Positions 9,473 to 18,430 of a DNA stretch of 64,000 bases are shown here, piece after piece. The DNA comes from Candidatus Uhrbacteria bacterium (GTDB taxonomy: Bacteria > Patescibacteriota > Patescibacteriia > UBA9934 > UBA10169), in contig JACPJO010000005.1 of NCBI GenBank assembly GCA_016187485.1, forward strand, positions 71,499 through 135,498, written 5' to 3'. Each line of letters opens with the position of its first letter. The first letter of the stretch is position 1. Both the position numbers and the translations under genes were made by a program. The notes under the pieces were generated by a model that did not search any database, was not told the origin of the DNA, and worked only from the letters and a program-made list of their open reading frames with translations.

Positions 9473-10458
9473 TTACGGGCCAGGTCCATGAGGGCACGGC
9501 GGACCTCGACCTCTGCTTTTGTCGCGCGCCACGTTTGGAAGGATAGATCGCCGTGGACGTTGGTCATGGGCTTTGTGGCCCGACCGACCTTTGCCGCGAT
9601 CTCGCACGCGACCTCTTCGGTCATCTCACGTCCCACGGGCAGTTCGAGTACGCGCGGCTGTGGCCGCACCGAGGAGATGACGATATTCACCCGTTCGCAC
9701 ACAGTGCTCTGGAACCATGCTCCGATCGAGAGCGTCATGGTCGAGAAGCTGATGGCGAGACGTGGAGAGACCTTCACGAACGCCCCACGGAACCCTCTGA
9801 CTGGGCGCGGCACGCGAATGTTGCGAATGAACGTTTCGGACGGAAGAGCAAGGTGGCCCGGGAAGAAGCCGCTTGAAGTGAGGGCATCTGCCAGGCGTAC
9901 GTCACGGATCCCCTTGTGTGTGTGGATTTCGAGGCTGGCACCGTAGAGAAGGAGCGGACCCACCGTGTCGCCCGAACGAGCGGCAACGCAGGCTGTCTGG
10001 CTCCCCGTGACGTGGCATGTATTCCCGTCCTTCTTGAGGCAGCCGCCAAGCGCTGCTCGCCACAAGGAATCCTTGTTGTACCAGTCGCAGCGCGTATCCA
10101 GAGCGATGTTGCCGCCGATCGTGCCGGCACTCCTGTGCTGTGGTGCGCCGACCAGCCCTGCGCTCTTCGCGAGCAGAGGAAGTCGGTCAGTTAACCACCA
10201 CTCCACTTCTGCCAGTGTCGTGAGCGCGCCAATGGAAATGAAGGGCTGACGCGGGTCGTCCGTGGTGCCGCGGAAGCCTCGGATTTCCTCGAGACTCACG
10301 AAGGTCGGCGCCTCCCCGTAGAGGCCGTACTTTGCGTTGTAGAGAACGTCGGTGCCGCCCGCCACGAGGATGGATCCCGGATGCTCCTGCCGTATGGCAA
10401 GGAGAGTGGGGATCGACTGGGGCGTAAGACACCGAGTGCCTAACGGAAGCGGGAGCAT
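9466..10458 (-). CDS. Xanthine dehydrogenase family FAD subunit with 4-Cys insertion (HcrB/PaoB-like)
   Basis: AGGTD, PQHRSAGTIGGN, and RCDWYN..GCLKKDGNTCHV..CVA insertion; start MLPLP right after the upstream stop. Confidence 0.88.
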   Translation of the reverse strand: MLPLPLGTRCLTPQSIPTLLAIRQEHPGSILVAGGTDVLYNAKYGLYGEAPTFVSLEEIRGFRGTTDDPRQPFISIGALTTLAEVEWWLTDRLPLLAKSAGLVGAPQHRSAGTIGGNIALDTRCDWYNKDSLWRAALGGCLKKDGNTCHVTGSQTACVAARSGDTVGPLLLYGASLEIHTHKGIRDVRLADALTSSGFFPGHLALPSETFIRNIRVPRPVRGFRGAFVKVSPRLAISFSTMTLSIGAWFQSTVCERVNIVISSVRPQPRVLELPVGREMTEEVACEIAAKVGRATKPMTNVHGDLSFQTWRATKAEVEVRRALMDLARKN

Positions 10459-10459
10459 G

Positions 10460-13105
10460 CTACGTCTCTCCCTTCTTGCGGATGGCGGCGAGAACACGTG
10501 CGCCCGTGAAGGGCATGTCGCTTGCCACTGCGCCGCCGGTGGCGTGCAGGATGGCGTTTCCGATGGCGGGCGGCACGGGAAGGAGCGGCCCCTCCCCCGC
10601 TTCCTTTGCCCCATGCGGACTCATGGGGTCGTGGGTTTCGATGATGAACGATTCAACCTCTGGAGCATCGAGTGCCGTAGCGATGCCATGCAGAAGAAGG
10701 TTGGGCTGCTCCAGGAGTCCCCGCGTGCCATATGTCATGCACTCGAAGCGCGCCTCGGAGTCACCCATGGACACGGATCCCTGGATCTGTCCGTGGACGG
10801 CCGAAGGGTTGATGGGCTTTCCACAATCGTGTGCTGCCCAGACGCGCTCGACCCGCACTTCCCCCGTCTCGTTGTCCACGTGCACAAGAGCCACGACGGC
10901 CGTCATGCTATACGTGGGTGAGGCGCCGATGGTGTTGCCGCGGTAGTCGTGCCCATGCGCTTTCACTGGAATGGTGAAGTAGGTGCCTGTGCATGACGGC
11001 GTGCGCGCTCCGCGGTCGAGTTCACGCCGGATTTCACGCGCGGCGTTTACCGCTGCCGTGCCGAGCATGAATGCGCACCGCGAGGAGTAGGCACCGAGGT
11101 CCACTGGACCCAGGGCCGTATCTCCGGTAGTGACGGTGATCCGTTTGCGAGCGATGCCGGTCTCTGCCTCTGCGAGGAGGATCAGCATCATCTCGAGTCC
11201 TTGGCCGATGTCGTTTGCCTGGGTGCAGATGTAGAGCCGTCCGTCCTCCGCCACCGTCATGGTGACGTTAGACTGTGCATCGTCGCGCTGGCCCAAGATG
11301 GCGCCTGCCGTGCCCGAGATGTAGGCGCCCACGGCACAGCCGAGACCAAAGCCGGAGGGAAGCTCGTGGCGATCTTTCCAGCCGCTTGCTTCCTCCACCA
11401 CACGCAGACACTCGAGGATACCAGAACTTGGCACGTGGAAGCCGTTCACCATCTCCTCGCCAGCAGCGATGGCGCCGCGCCGGCGAACCAGGATCGGATC
11501 CAAGCCGAGCTTGGAGGCCGCCATGTCGAGAAGCGTCTCGAAGGCGAACCGCGGTTGGGGTGTGCCGTGCCCTCGCTTGGGACCTTGCGGCGGCTTGTTC
11601 GTGTAGATGCGCCGCGAACGAGCGCGGTAGGCGCCGATCTTGATGGGCGCACCGAGGAGCTGAAGCAGGTAGTAGACCGTGATGGGACCGAACGAGGCGA
11701 AGGCTCCGCCGTCGAGCAGGATGTCTGACTCCACGCCCAGCACTCGACCACCTGCGTCCATGGCAAGACGCATCTGAATGCTCGTGGTGTGTCGTCCACG
11801 GTGGAAGGTGAAGACCTCCTCGCGCGTGTACTGCATCTTTATGGGCCTCTCCGTGACCTGCGCCAGCTTGGCCGCGCACAAGTCGATTTCGGAGATGTCG
11901 GAGTCCCCGCCGAATGCCCCGCCCTTTTTGAGCTGGGTCACGCGGACGTTTTCCTCTGCGACACCCAGCACGTGCGCCAGAGCAACCTGTAGGTAATGAC
12001 TCACCTGTGTGCCAGAGTAGACGTGCAGCTTTTCCCCCGACCAGACAGCGATGACGGCGTGCGTCTCGAGCGCGGCGTGGTTGGAGCCGGGGTACGTGAA
12101 TGTCCCCTCGACGACCACAGCAGCGTCTCGAAACGCCCCCTCCACATCACCGAAGTCCGGCAATTCGACTTCCTTGTACACGTTGTCCGCCCTTGGCGTT
12201 CCCTTGCGAGGATCCACCGCATGGACAAGCGGGGCACCAGCCGCAAGCGCGTCCTTCATGGTAAGCACGGCGGGCAAAGGCTCGTAGCTCACATGGATGG
12301 CCGCGCATGCACGAAGCGCCGTCTGTTCATCCACGGCTGCGACAGCCGCGACGGCCTGGCCCACGTAGAAGACCTCGTGCTGCGCGAGCGCATGCTCGTC
12401 GGCTGCCCAGGGAATGATCCCGTAGGACACCAGCAAGTCCTTGCCCGTGATGACCGCAAAGACGCCTGGCATGGCCTGTGCGTCCTTCGTATCCACCGAC
12501 AGGATCCGCGCGTGCGCATGAGGCGAACGCAGAACCTTGCCTACCAACATGCCGGGCAGGTGGACGTCGTCCGTGTATCCGGCCGATCCATTGGCCCTCT
12601 CCTGCGCGTCGAACTTCACGATCGCATCACCGGGTGCCTCGCGCATTCCTGCGGCAACCTCTACAGCGTCGAAGATGGGGTTGTACCCCGTGCAGCGGCA
12701 GAGGTTTCCCGAAAGCGCGCGCTTGATGGCCGGGCGCGTGGGGCGCGTGTCACGACGCAGAAGCGCCAACCCCGACATCACCATGCCGGGCGTGCACGCG
12801 CCACATTGCGTTCCCTGACACGTACCCATTGCTGTCTGCAGGGCGTGGCCGCGCGGATCGCGGAACGCTCCCTCGATTGTCTCGACCGAATGTCCCTCGG
12901 TCTGGCGAGCCAACGTGAGGCACGACAGCCGCGGCTTGCCGTCTACGAGGACCGTGCACGTTCCGCACGTTCCACTATCGCACCCCTGTTTCGTTCCCGT
13001 CTGCCCCGCCTTGCGAAGGAGCTCGAGGAGCGTACGGGAGTCCGCGACATCTTCGAACGTCGCCTGATCTCCATTTAGCGTGAAGATGAGAGGCCGGTTG
13101 GCCAT
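10460..13105 (-). CDS. Xanthine dehydrogenase family fused 2x[2Fe-2S] + molybdopterin-binding subunit (HcrC-HcrA-like)
   Basis: GCDSGTCGTC..SC, QCGACTPG..LCRCTGY, LRSPHAHARI, GGAFGG, KRGHGTPQ, GQIQG, AKEAGEGP. Confidence 0.92.
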   Translation of the reverse strand: MANRPLIFTLNGDQATFEDVADSRTLLELLRKAGQTGTKQGCDSGTCGTCTVLVDGKPRLSCLTLARQTEGHSVETIEGAFRDPRGHALQTAMGTCQGTQCGACTPGMVMSGLALLRRDTRPTRPAIKRALSGNLCRCTGYNPIFDAVEVAAGMREAPGDAIVKFDAQERANGSAGYTDDVHLPGMLVGKVLRSPHAHARILSVDTKDAQAMPGVFAVITGKDLLVSYGIIPWAADEHALAQHEVFYVGQAVAAVAAVDEQTALRACAAIHVSYEPLPAVLTMKDALAAGAPLVHAVDPRKGTPRADNVYKEVELPDFGDVEGAFRDAAVVVEGTFTYPGSNHAALETHAVIAVWSGEKLHVYSGTQVSHYLQVALAHVLGVAEENVRVTQLKKGGAFGGDSDISEIDLCAAKLAQVTERPIKMQYTREEVFTFHRGRHTTSIQMRLAMDAGGRVLGVESDILLDGGAFASFGPITVYYLLQLLGAPIKIGAYRARSRRIYTNKPPQGPKRGHGTPQPRFAFETLLDMAASKLGLDPILVRRRGAIAAGEEMVNGFHVPSSGILECLRVVEEASGWKDRHELPSGFGLGCAVGAYISGTAGAILGQRDDAQSNVTMTVAEDGRLYICTQANDIGQGLEMMLILLAEAETGIARKRITVTTGDTALGPVDLGAYSSRCAFMLGTAAVNAAREIRRELDRGARTPSCTGTYFTIPVKAHGHDYRGNTIGASPTYSMTAVVALVHVDNETGEVRVERVWAAHDCGKPINPSAVHGQIQGSVSMGDSEARFECMTYGTRGLLEQPNLLLHGIATALDAPEVESFIIETHDPMSPHGAKEAGEGPLLPVPPAIGNAILHATGGAVASDMPFTGARVLAAIRKKGET

Positions 13106-13123
13106 GAGATCCTCCGATGCAAA

Positions 13124-13179
13124 GCCACCGTCAGGATTGACGGTGGCCTATCTTATCCATGCAAATCCTCCCCTGTCAA
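13124..13179 (-). promoter_or_regulatory. Promoter and 5' leader hairpin of the molybdoenzyme operon
   Basis: TTGACA-18-TAAGAT, then GCCACCGTCA-4-TGACGGTGGC; GGAGG at 13111-13115. Confidence 0.65.
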
Positions 13180-13928
13180 AGCTCGCCGGACGCTTTAAGG
13201 GCGCTTGTATAAAGGCAATAATCACACTCTTTCGATCGGGCTGGCAGGCGGCCATCAAGACATGCTCGCGCGTTGACCAACGCTGACTCTACCCAAGCGG
13301 TATTGCCGGTATAGGGAATCACTTTCACGTCGAATTCCAGTTTTCCGTCGAATGCTTTGCGGTCAGTCTTTCCGTTGCAATAGATGAAGTATCCCGTATC
13401 AGAAACCACAAAACCATTTTGCCGGAGTAGCCATTGGTAGATTTCCATTTGATTCTTGTAACTCTTCTGCCACTCGGCATCGAGTCCGACCTCGCCATCT
13501 TTTGCCGTGGACTTATAATCTACGACAATCAATTTCCCATCTCGTCCAACCCACACGTCGTCTACAGCACCAGTCAGAATAAAATTTGTTGGTTCGTGAT
13601 GATACTGCACGCCCACAAAATTTTCTCGCCATGCATCCAAGTCATCGTGAGCAAAAGGAACCGCATCGATGCCATAGGTCTCCATGAGAGGGTGTGGAGT
13701 GCCAGCCGCCCGATGAAGATCGAATTCTTTTTTAAGGAGAGTGTCTACGGCAGAGTTCAGATTAAAGGGAAACCCGGGCGGGCGATCTACACCAAGCCGG
13801 CGATCCACGTAAAAACACCGTGGGCAATTCAAAAAATTTTCGAGCTTTGAGCGCGAGAGCTTGAACGGCTCGGGAGAGGCAGGATCGAAAATGTTTCTTG
13901 TCCGGACGCCCTTGTAGTATTGCGACAT
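13176..13928 (-). CDS. PD-(D/E)XK nuclease family protein (RecB/Cas4-like)
   Basis: LSRSKLE..CPRC, GAVDD, VVDYKS, QMEIY, C-terminal CDYC. Confidence 0.85.
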   Translation of the reverse strand: MSQYYKGVRTRNIFDPASPEPFKLSRSKLENFLNCPRCFYVDRRLGVDRPPGFPFNLNSAVDTLLKKEFDLHRAAGTPHPLMETYGIDAVPFAHDDLDAWRENFVGVQYHHEPTNFILTGAVDDVWVGRDGKLIVVDYKSTAKDGEVGLDAEWQKSYKNQMEIYQWLLRQNGFVVSDTGYFIYCNGKTDRKAFDGKLEFDVKVIPYTGNTAWVESALVNARACLDGRLPARSKECDYCLYTSALKASGEL

Positions 13929-13930
13929 AT

Positions 13931-14524
13931 CTAGAGAAGACAACCGAGAAGAACTTTTATATCATCAAGAAGGATCGTTTTTTGATGGATATTATAGATG
14001 GCGACGGCGGGATGGTAGAGGGGAACGATGGCAAGGTTTCCCCATGGTGCCGAAACGCGAAAGGTTTTTCCGTGCAAGCGACTGATGGAGGCAAGCTCGG
14101 CCTCAAGCCCAAAACGGCGCAGGAGGTAGTCCATCGAAAAGCGGCCGAGAGTGGCAAGAACTTTGGGACGGATGATGTCTATTTGTCGCTCGAGAAGTGG
14201 GCCATAGAGGGCAATTTCGTCGGGAAATGGGTCGCGATTTTGCGGTGGGCGATCCTTTACGACGTTCGTGATGTAGACCTCCTCGCGTTTGAGGCCGATG
14301 GATTCAATGAGTTCGTCTAAAATACGTCCGGCGGCTCCACAGAACGGTCGTCCCGTCGCCGCTTCGTTCCTCCCCGGCGCCTCACCCACAAACATGATCT
14401 CAGCATCATGATTTCCCTCGCCCAGGACGGGCAGGACGCCATTTTGTCGCCGCTCATCGGCGAGTGTTGACGAGAGTGCCACCACTTCGTCTCGTATCTG
14501 GCGCATGAGATCTTTCTTATCCAT
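13931..14524 (-). CDS. Uracil-DNA glycosylase (family 4-like, lacking the usual Fe-S cysteines)
   Basis: VGEAPG, GRPF.GAAG, YITNVVK.RPPQNRDP, LYHPA. Confidence 0.92.
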   Translation of the reverse strand: MDKKDLMRQIRDEVVALSSTLADERRQNGVLPVLGEGNHDAEIMFVGEAPGRNEAATGRPFCGAAGRILDELIESIGLKREEVYITNVVKDRPPQNRDPFPDEIALYGPLLERQIDIIRPKVLATLGRFSMDYLLRRFGLEAELASISRLHGKTFRVSAPWGNLAIVPLYHPAVAIYNIHQKTILLDDIKVLLGCLL

Positions 14525-14544
14525 ACGCGCCTATTCTACTGGTA

Positions 14545-14573
14545 TTGAAACTTTACGCCAATTCCTTTACAAT
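14545..14573 (+). promoter_or_regulatory. Promoter of tRNA-Pro pair
   Basis: TTGAAA-17-TACAAT, 12 nt before the first tRNA. Confidence 0.65.
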
Positions 14574-14585
14574 GCCGGGGCATTT

Positions 14586-14661
14586 CGGGCTATAGCTCAG
14601 TAGGTAGAGCGCTACGTTCGGGTCGTAGAGGCCGTGGGTTCGAGTCCCGCTAGCCCGACCA
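14586..14661 (+). tRNA. tRNA-Pro(CGG)
   Basis: Cloverleaf, anticodon arm CTACG-tt-CGG-gt-CGTAG, GGTTCGAGTCC T-arm, encoded CCA. Confidence 0.96.
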
Positions 14662-14679
14662 GAGATGCTTATGTCTTGA

Positions 14680-14755
14680 CGGGCCGTGGCGCAGTTGGTA
14701 GCGCGCTTGCATGGGGTGCAAGAGGTCGCCAGTTCGAGTCTGGTCGGCCCGACCA
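14680..14755 (+). tRNA. tRNA-Pro(GGG)
   Basis: Cloverleaf, anticodon arm CTTGC-at-GGG-gt-GCAAG, GTTCGAGTC, encoded CCA. Confidence 0.96.
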
Positions 14756-14787
14756 AAAAACAGACCGTGAGGTCCGTTTTTGCTTTA

Positions 14788-15900
14788 CTACTCACTGTTT
14801 GAATCATCTTCCTCGTCATGTACTTTATGCCTAGCCCAACCATAAAGGGCGAGCGCCGCCGCTTTATTAATTGGTTTTCGGTTGACGTCACCAAAAATAG
14901 GGTTTCGGAAGCTTTTCTGTGGTCTTGAAAGAATCGGCCCAGACCCATCATCCATTTGGAGCATAAGGGCGGAATAAATTTTTGACTCCTCAGGAGTCCT
15001 TACCAGCATCTTCAAATGTTCATAGCAAATACGTTTAAGTTCTTTATCCTTTAAACGGATAGCGTATTCTGCTAAAAAGAGCCAATCTTCTCGCTGTAGA
15101 TGATCATGACCGAACTCTGCGAAAGCTACCAACAACTTCTCTAACAAAACACGCTCGACTTTTGTACCCCTTGTACCTTTTGTTTGCTGGCCAGCTTTAG
15201 TTGCAATTTTCTCCCTTAAAAACTTCAAAAAGTCTCTGCCAGACATCTGTTTTGAAAGTCTCCGAAGGTGTCCGAGCAAAGGCCTATGATTGTTTGTTTT
15301 TCTATTCAGAATTACGTTTACGTGTGCTTTCAGGTACTCTTCATCTTCTGGATTTCCTCCAAGTTCCAAGAATCTCTGAAAATACATATCATCATCGCCC
15401 CTTCGCGATGTATTAGCTAGATAGATGCAGTCCTCGAGACTCGTGATATCCGTTATGGGTGTGTTCATGAGCTCTGCACGGTGCTCCTGTAAGCCTGTAG
15501 AACCTTTTGTTGGTTCTTTCTGAGTTTTTTCCCACTCAGGTGCAATTTGAGAAAGACGTTTCTCTAAAAGATACGAATATAGGCCGCGTGCTTCAGTTGA
15601 TCTCGAAAAATCATAAACGTGCAACAATGCCCGGACATTACTCTCGTCTGCCCTATCAAGATGTTTACGAAAGATAGACGTAGCACGACTCTTTAGATCA
15701 TGGTTACTCAACACGACCTTCATAATATTTTTCAGTGTGTCTGGGTTAAACCAATCTACTCGCTCAATAAGAGCAAGTGCCTCTCTTGGTTTATTTTCGT
15801 TTACGAACTGGGTTATAAGTTCTATGATCTGGCGTCGCTGTTCCAGACACAACCTCTCTTCGTCGTTAAGCTCTGCCCAGGATTTCTCATATTTTGCCAT
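14788..15900 (-). CDS. Hypothetical protein, AT-rich, predicted helical
   Basis: 370-aa ORF starting 6 nt after the sod stop; visibly lower GC than flanks. Confidence 0.7.
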   Translation of the reverse strand: MAKYEKSWAELNDEERLCLEQRRQIIELITQFVNENKPREALALIERVDWFNPDTLKNIMKVVLSNHDLKSRATSIFRKHLDRADESNVRALLHVYDFSRSTEARGLYSYLLEKRLSQIAPEWEKTQKEPTKGSTGLQEHRAELMNTPITDITSLEDCIYLANTSRRGDDDMYFQRFLELGGNPEDEEYLKAHVNVILNRKTNNHRPLLGHLRRLSKQMSGRDFLKFLREKIATKAGQQTKGTRGTKVERVLLEKLLVAFAEFGHDHLQREDWLFLAEYAIRLKDKELKRICYEHLKMLVRTPEESKIYSALMLQMDDGSGPILSRPQKSFRNPIFGDVNRKPINKAAALALYGWARHKVHDEEDDSNSE

Positions 15901-15906
15901 AACGAA

Positions 15907-16476
15907 CTATATCATCTTTTCTACCCCCTCCCAATGAATATTATTTAGGAACGCCTCCAGATACGCCGACTTGTTCGTGCCGTATTGCTTCGCGAAGGCG
16001 TGCTCCCAACAGTCGAGGGCAAGGAGGATTTCGACGCCGGCGGGGACGTTGTTGGCGTGCTCAAAGACGACATAGTGCTCGAGTGTCTCTTCGCCGCGAT
16101 TGTTGACGAGAAGCACCCATCCCGGTGTCGCAGAAGCACAGGCCAGGAGATCCTGCTTCCAGGCATCCATCGAGCCGAAACTTTTCACAAGCGCGACCTC
16201 AAGAACCGATGGAATGACAGATCCGCTTGGGGTGAGCGCGTCAAAATAGAGTTCGTGCAGCTTCGCGCCGTTCCATGCAACAGATTTTCTGCGTACAAGC
16301 TCGCTGTGCGGCGCGTACGAATAATTTCCCTTCTTCTCAACATTTGGAAGCGTCGCGCAAATTTCGTTATACTTTTTTACGTACCCCTCGTAGAGTTTCA
16401 GGTGCTCCTCTATGAGATCCGCGTTGAACCCAGGAAGAGAGCCAATAAGATGCTGGTAATTTTTCACGTCGTGCAT
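15907..16476 (-). CDS. Fe/Mn superoxide dismutase family protein
   Basis: EHLKLYEGYV, NGAKLHELYF, FGS, LDCWEHAF. Confidence 0.88.
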   Translation of the reverse strand: MHDVKNYQHLIGSLPGFNADLIEEHLKLYEGYVKKYNEICATLPNVEKKGNYSYAPHSELVRRKSVAWNGAKLHELYFDALTPSGSVIPSVLEVALVKSFGSMDAWKQDLLACASATPGWVLLVNNRGEETLEHYVVFEHANNVPAGVEILLALDCWEHAFAKQYGTNKSAYLEAFLNNIHWEGVEKMI

Positions 16477-16477
16477 A

Positions 16478-17002
16478 CTACTCGACAATCAATGTTCCTC
16501 CCATCGAACCGTGGAAGTTGCAACGAAACGGGAATGTACCAGTGGTGTCTGCGACAAATTCTGTCGTCACAGGCGTTCCCGCGCCGAGCGTAAGGTTCAC
16601 GTTGTATCCCGCGAGCGTGTAGGTGTGCAGCCCATCTATACTCAGTGCTTGCAGAGTGACTGTGGAGCCCTTCTTTACCCGAATGGTGGAAGGTTCGAAC
16701 CCAGAAAACCTCGCCAACACCGTTACACGAGTTTCTTCTGGCTCCGGTTCTGCAGGAGGAGTTTGTGTGGGTTGGTTTTCCTGACCCTGTTGTGGTTCTG
16801 GCTTCGTTGGAGGGGTCTCTGGCGGTGCGGCCTCGTTCCCTTCTGCGGCAGGAACTTCTCCCTGAACATCTTCTACAACGATCGCATTTGCTGGTTCTTC
16901 CTCGTTCGAATCAATCGTTATCTGCGTTTGACTGGCACAACCGGCACCGATAAGGATCACTGCCGCGAGTGCAAAAGCACTATATTTGTTGGGGAATTTC
17001 AT
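16478..17002 (-). CDS. Cupredoxin-domain lipoprotein
   Basis: Lipobox LIGAGC, P/E/Q-rich linker, FEPSTIRVKKG, H...GTFPFRCNFHGSMGG copper ligands. Confidence 0.85.
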   Translation of the reverse strand: MKFPNKYSAFALAAVILIGAGCASQTQITIDSNEEEPANAIVVEDVQGEVPAAEGNEAAPPETPPTKPEPQQGQENQPTQTPPAEPEPEETRVTVLARFSGFEPSTIRVKKGSTVTLQALSIDGLHTYTLAGYNVNLTLGAGTPVTTEFVADTTGTFPFRCNFHGSMGGTLIVE

Positions 17003-17011
17003 AGTAAAGTT

Positions 17012-17038
17012 ATTATAACATACCGCCTCTGGTATAAT
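17012..17038. promoter_or_regulatory. Back-to-back extended -10 promoters
   Basis: TGnTATAAT on each strand, each 9 nt before its ATG (17002 and 17048). Confidence 0.7.
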
Positions 17039-17047
17039 AGGACTGCT

Positions 17048-18427
17048 ATGCGATTCTTTGCTATTTTTACTGCTCTCGCTGTCTTGTTTGCCCCCTCTCC
17101 CCTTCTTGCCTTCAACCCAAACTATCTTATCTCCGACCACGAATTTACCGATCGATTTGCTCTTGATCTTGGAACGATTCAGAATTTACTTGCGAAGGGG
17201 ACGTTGGCACGCTACGTTGTGGAAGATGTTGACGGCCGCCGCCGTTATGCTGCGGATATTATTTGGCGTGCGGCGCAACGAAACGGGATCTCGCCAAAAG
17301 TGATCATTACCATGTTGCAAAAAGAGCAGAGCCTCGTGGAAGATACTTCGCCCGCTTCCACACAATTTGATTGGGCGATGGGATATGGCATTTGCGACAC
17401 GTGCTCGTACGAAACTCCTTCCGCGCAGCGTTTCAAGGGATTCGCCAAGCAGATCAACTCTGCCACTCTGCAACTTGCGGAAGGATATTTGGCAGATCTT
17501 CTTTCAAAAGGTAAGACCGTTCTTGGTTTTGCGCCCGGCACAGCAAAGACCGTAGACAACACGGTGGTGGTACCAGAGAACAACGCAACGGCGGCACTGT
17601 ACACGTATACACCGCACTTACACGGGAATAAAAATTTTGTGACAATTTTTGATCGTTACTTTGCCAAGCGCCACCCGTCGGGAACACTTCTGCGCGATCC
17701 AGAATCTGGAGGTGTATACCTGATTCAATTTGGAAAAAAGCGCCCGTTCCTTTCGCTGGCGGCGCTTGTGTCGCGCTACGATGTGGCGCGTGTGATTGAC
17801 GCAAGCCCTACTGACCTTGCTGGGTATGAGACAGGCTTGCCCATAGCCTTTCCAAATTACGCGCTCCTTGAAGCTGCTGGTACTGTCTATCTCCTTGTGG
17901 ATGACACCGTCCGCCCGTTTGCGTCCTCGGATGTCCTTCGCGGACTTGGGTTCAATTCGGATGAGATTCTTGCGGTTACCGCCGAAGAACTTGCACCCTA
18001 CGACAAAGGAGAGCCTATTGTGCTTGATAGCTCGTACCCGGAGGGTGCGATCTTCCAGCACGACACAAGCGGCACGTATTACCTCATCCAAAACGGACGT
18101 CGGCATTTGGTCGCTACTGATGAAATTCGCAAACTTACCTGGGGTACGAAGGAGGTCCATCGTGTGGGTGAGGACCGCATTGTTGCGTATCCGGAACGCG
18201 CAGCCGTCAAGCTTCCCGACGGACTTCTAGTTAAATCCTCGGATGATAGTCGTGTATATGTGATTTCTGATGGTACGCGCAGGCTTATTCCCGATGAAGA
18301 AACTTTCCGCGCGCTTGGCTGGAAGTGGGAGCTTGTGAAGACCGTTTTGCCGGAAACCCTGCGTGTCCATCCAGAAGGTCTGCCGCTTGAATCCTCAACT
18401 CAAGCTGTGAGTATTGCCACACCATAG
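17048..18427 (+). CDS. Secreted protein: putative cell-wall-active N-domain plus four ~58-aa C-terminal repeats
   Basis: Signal peptide, ISPKVIITMLQKEQSL..WAMGYGIC..ALYTYTPH domain, four repeats of the type P.G.L....VY.I..G.RR. Confidence 0.75.
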   Translation: MRFFAIFTALAVLFAPSPLLAFNPNYLISDHEFTDRFALDLGTIQNLLAKGTLARYVVEDVDGRRRYAADIIWRAAQRNGISPKVIITMLQKEQSLVEDTSPASTQFDWAMGYGICDTCSYETPSAQRFKGFAKQINSATLQLAEGYLADLLSKGKTVLGFAPGTAKTVDNTVVVPENNATAALYTYTPHLHGNKNFVTIFDRYFAKRHPSGTLLRDPESGGVYLIQFGKKRPFLSLAALVSRYDVARVIDASPTDLAGYETGLPIAFPNYALLEAAGTVYLLVDDTVRPFASSDVLRGLGFNSDEILAVTAEELAPYDKGEPIVLDSSYPEGAIFQHDTSGTYYLIQNGRRHLVATDEIRKLTWGTKEVHRVGEDRIVAYPERAAVKLPDGLLVKSSDDSRVYVISDGTRRLIPDEETFRALGWKWELVKTVLPETLRVHPEGLPLESSTQAVSIATP

Positions 18428-18430
18428 TCT

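Noticed and set aside
13176-13928. Cas4 of a CRISPR-Cas locus
   Set aside because: No array or other cas genes in the window; treated as a stand-alone PD-(D/E)XK nuclease.
14680-15950. tRNA-Pro-anchored genomic island
   Set aside because: I saw no duplicated tRNA 3' end (att site) and no integrase.
16511-17047. Long N-terminal extensions in the ORF track (also gltX, ligase, GT2s, alaS, dnaK, dnaJ)
   Set aside because: They overlap neighbouring genes; downstream ATGs fit family N-termini and promoter or coupling positions.
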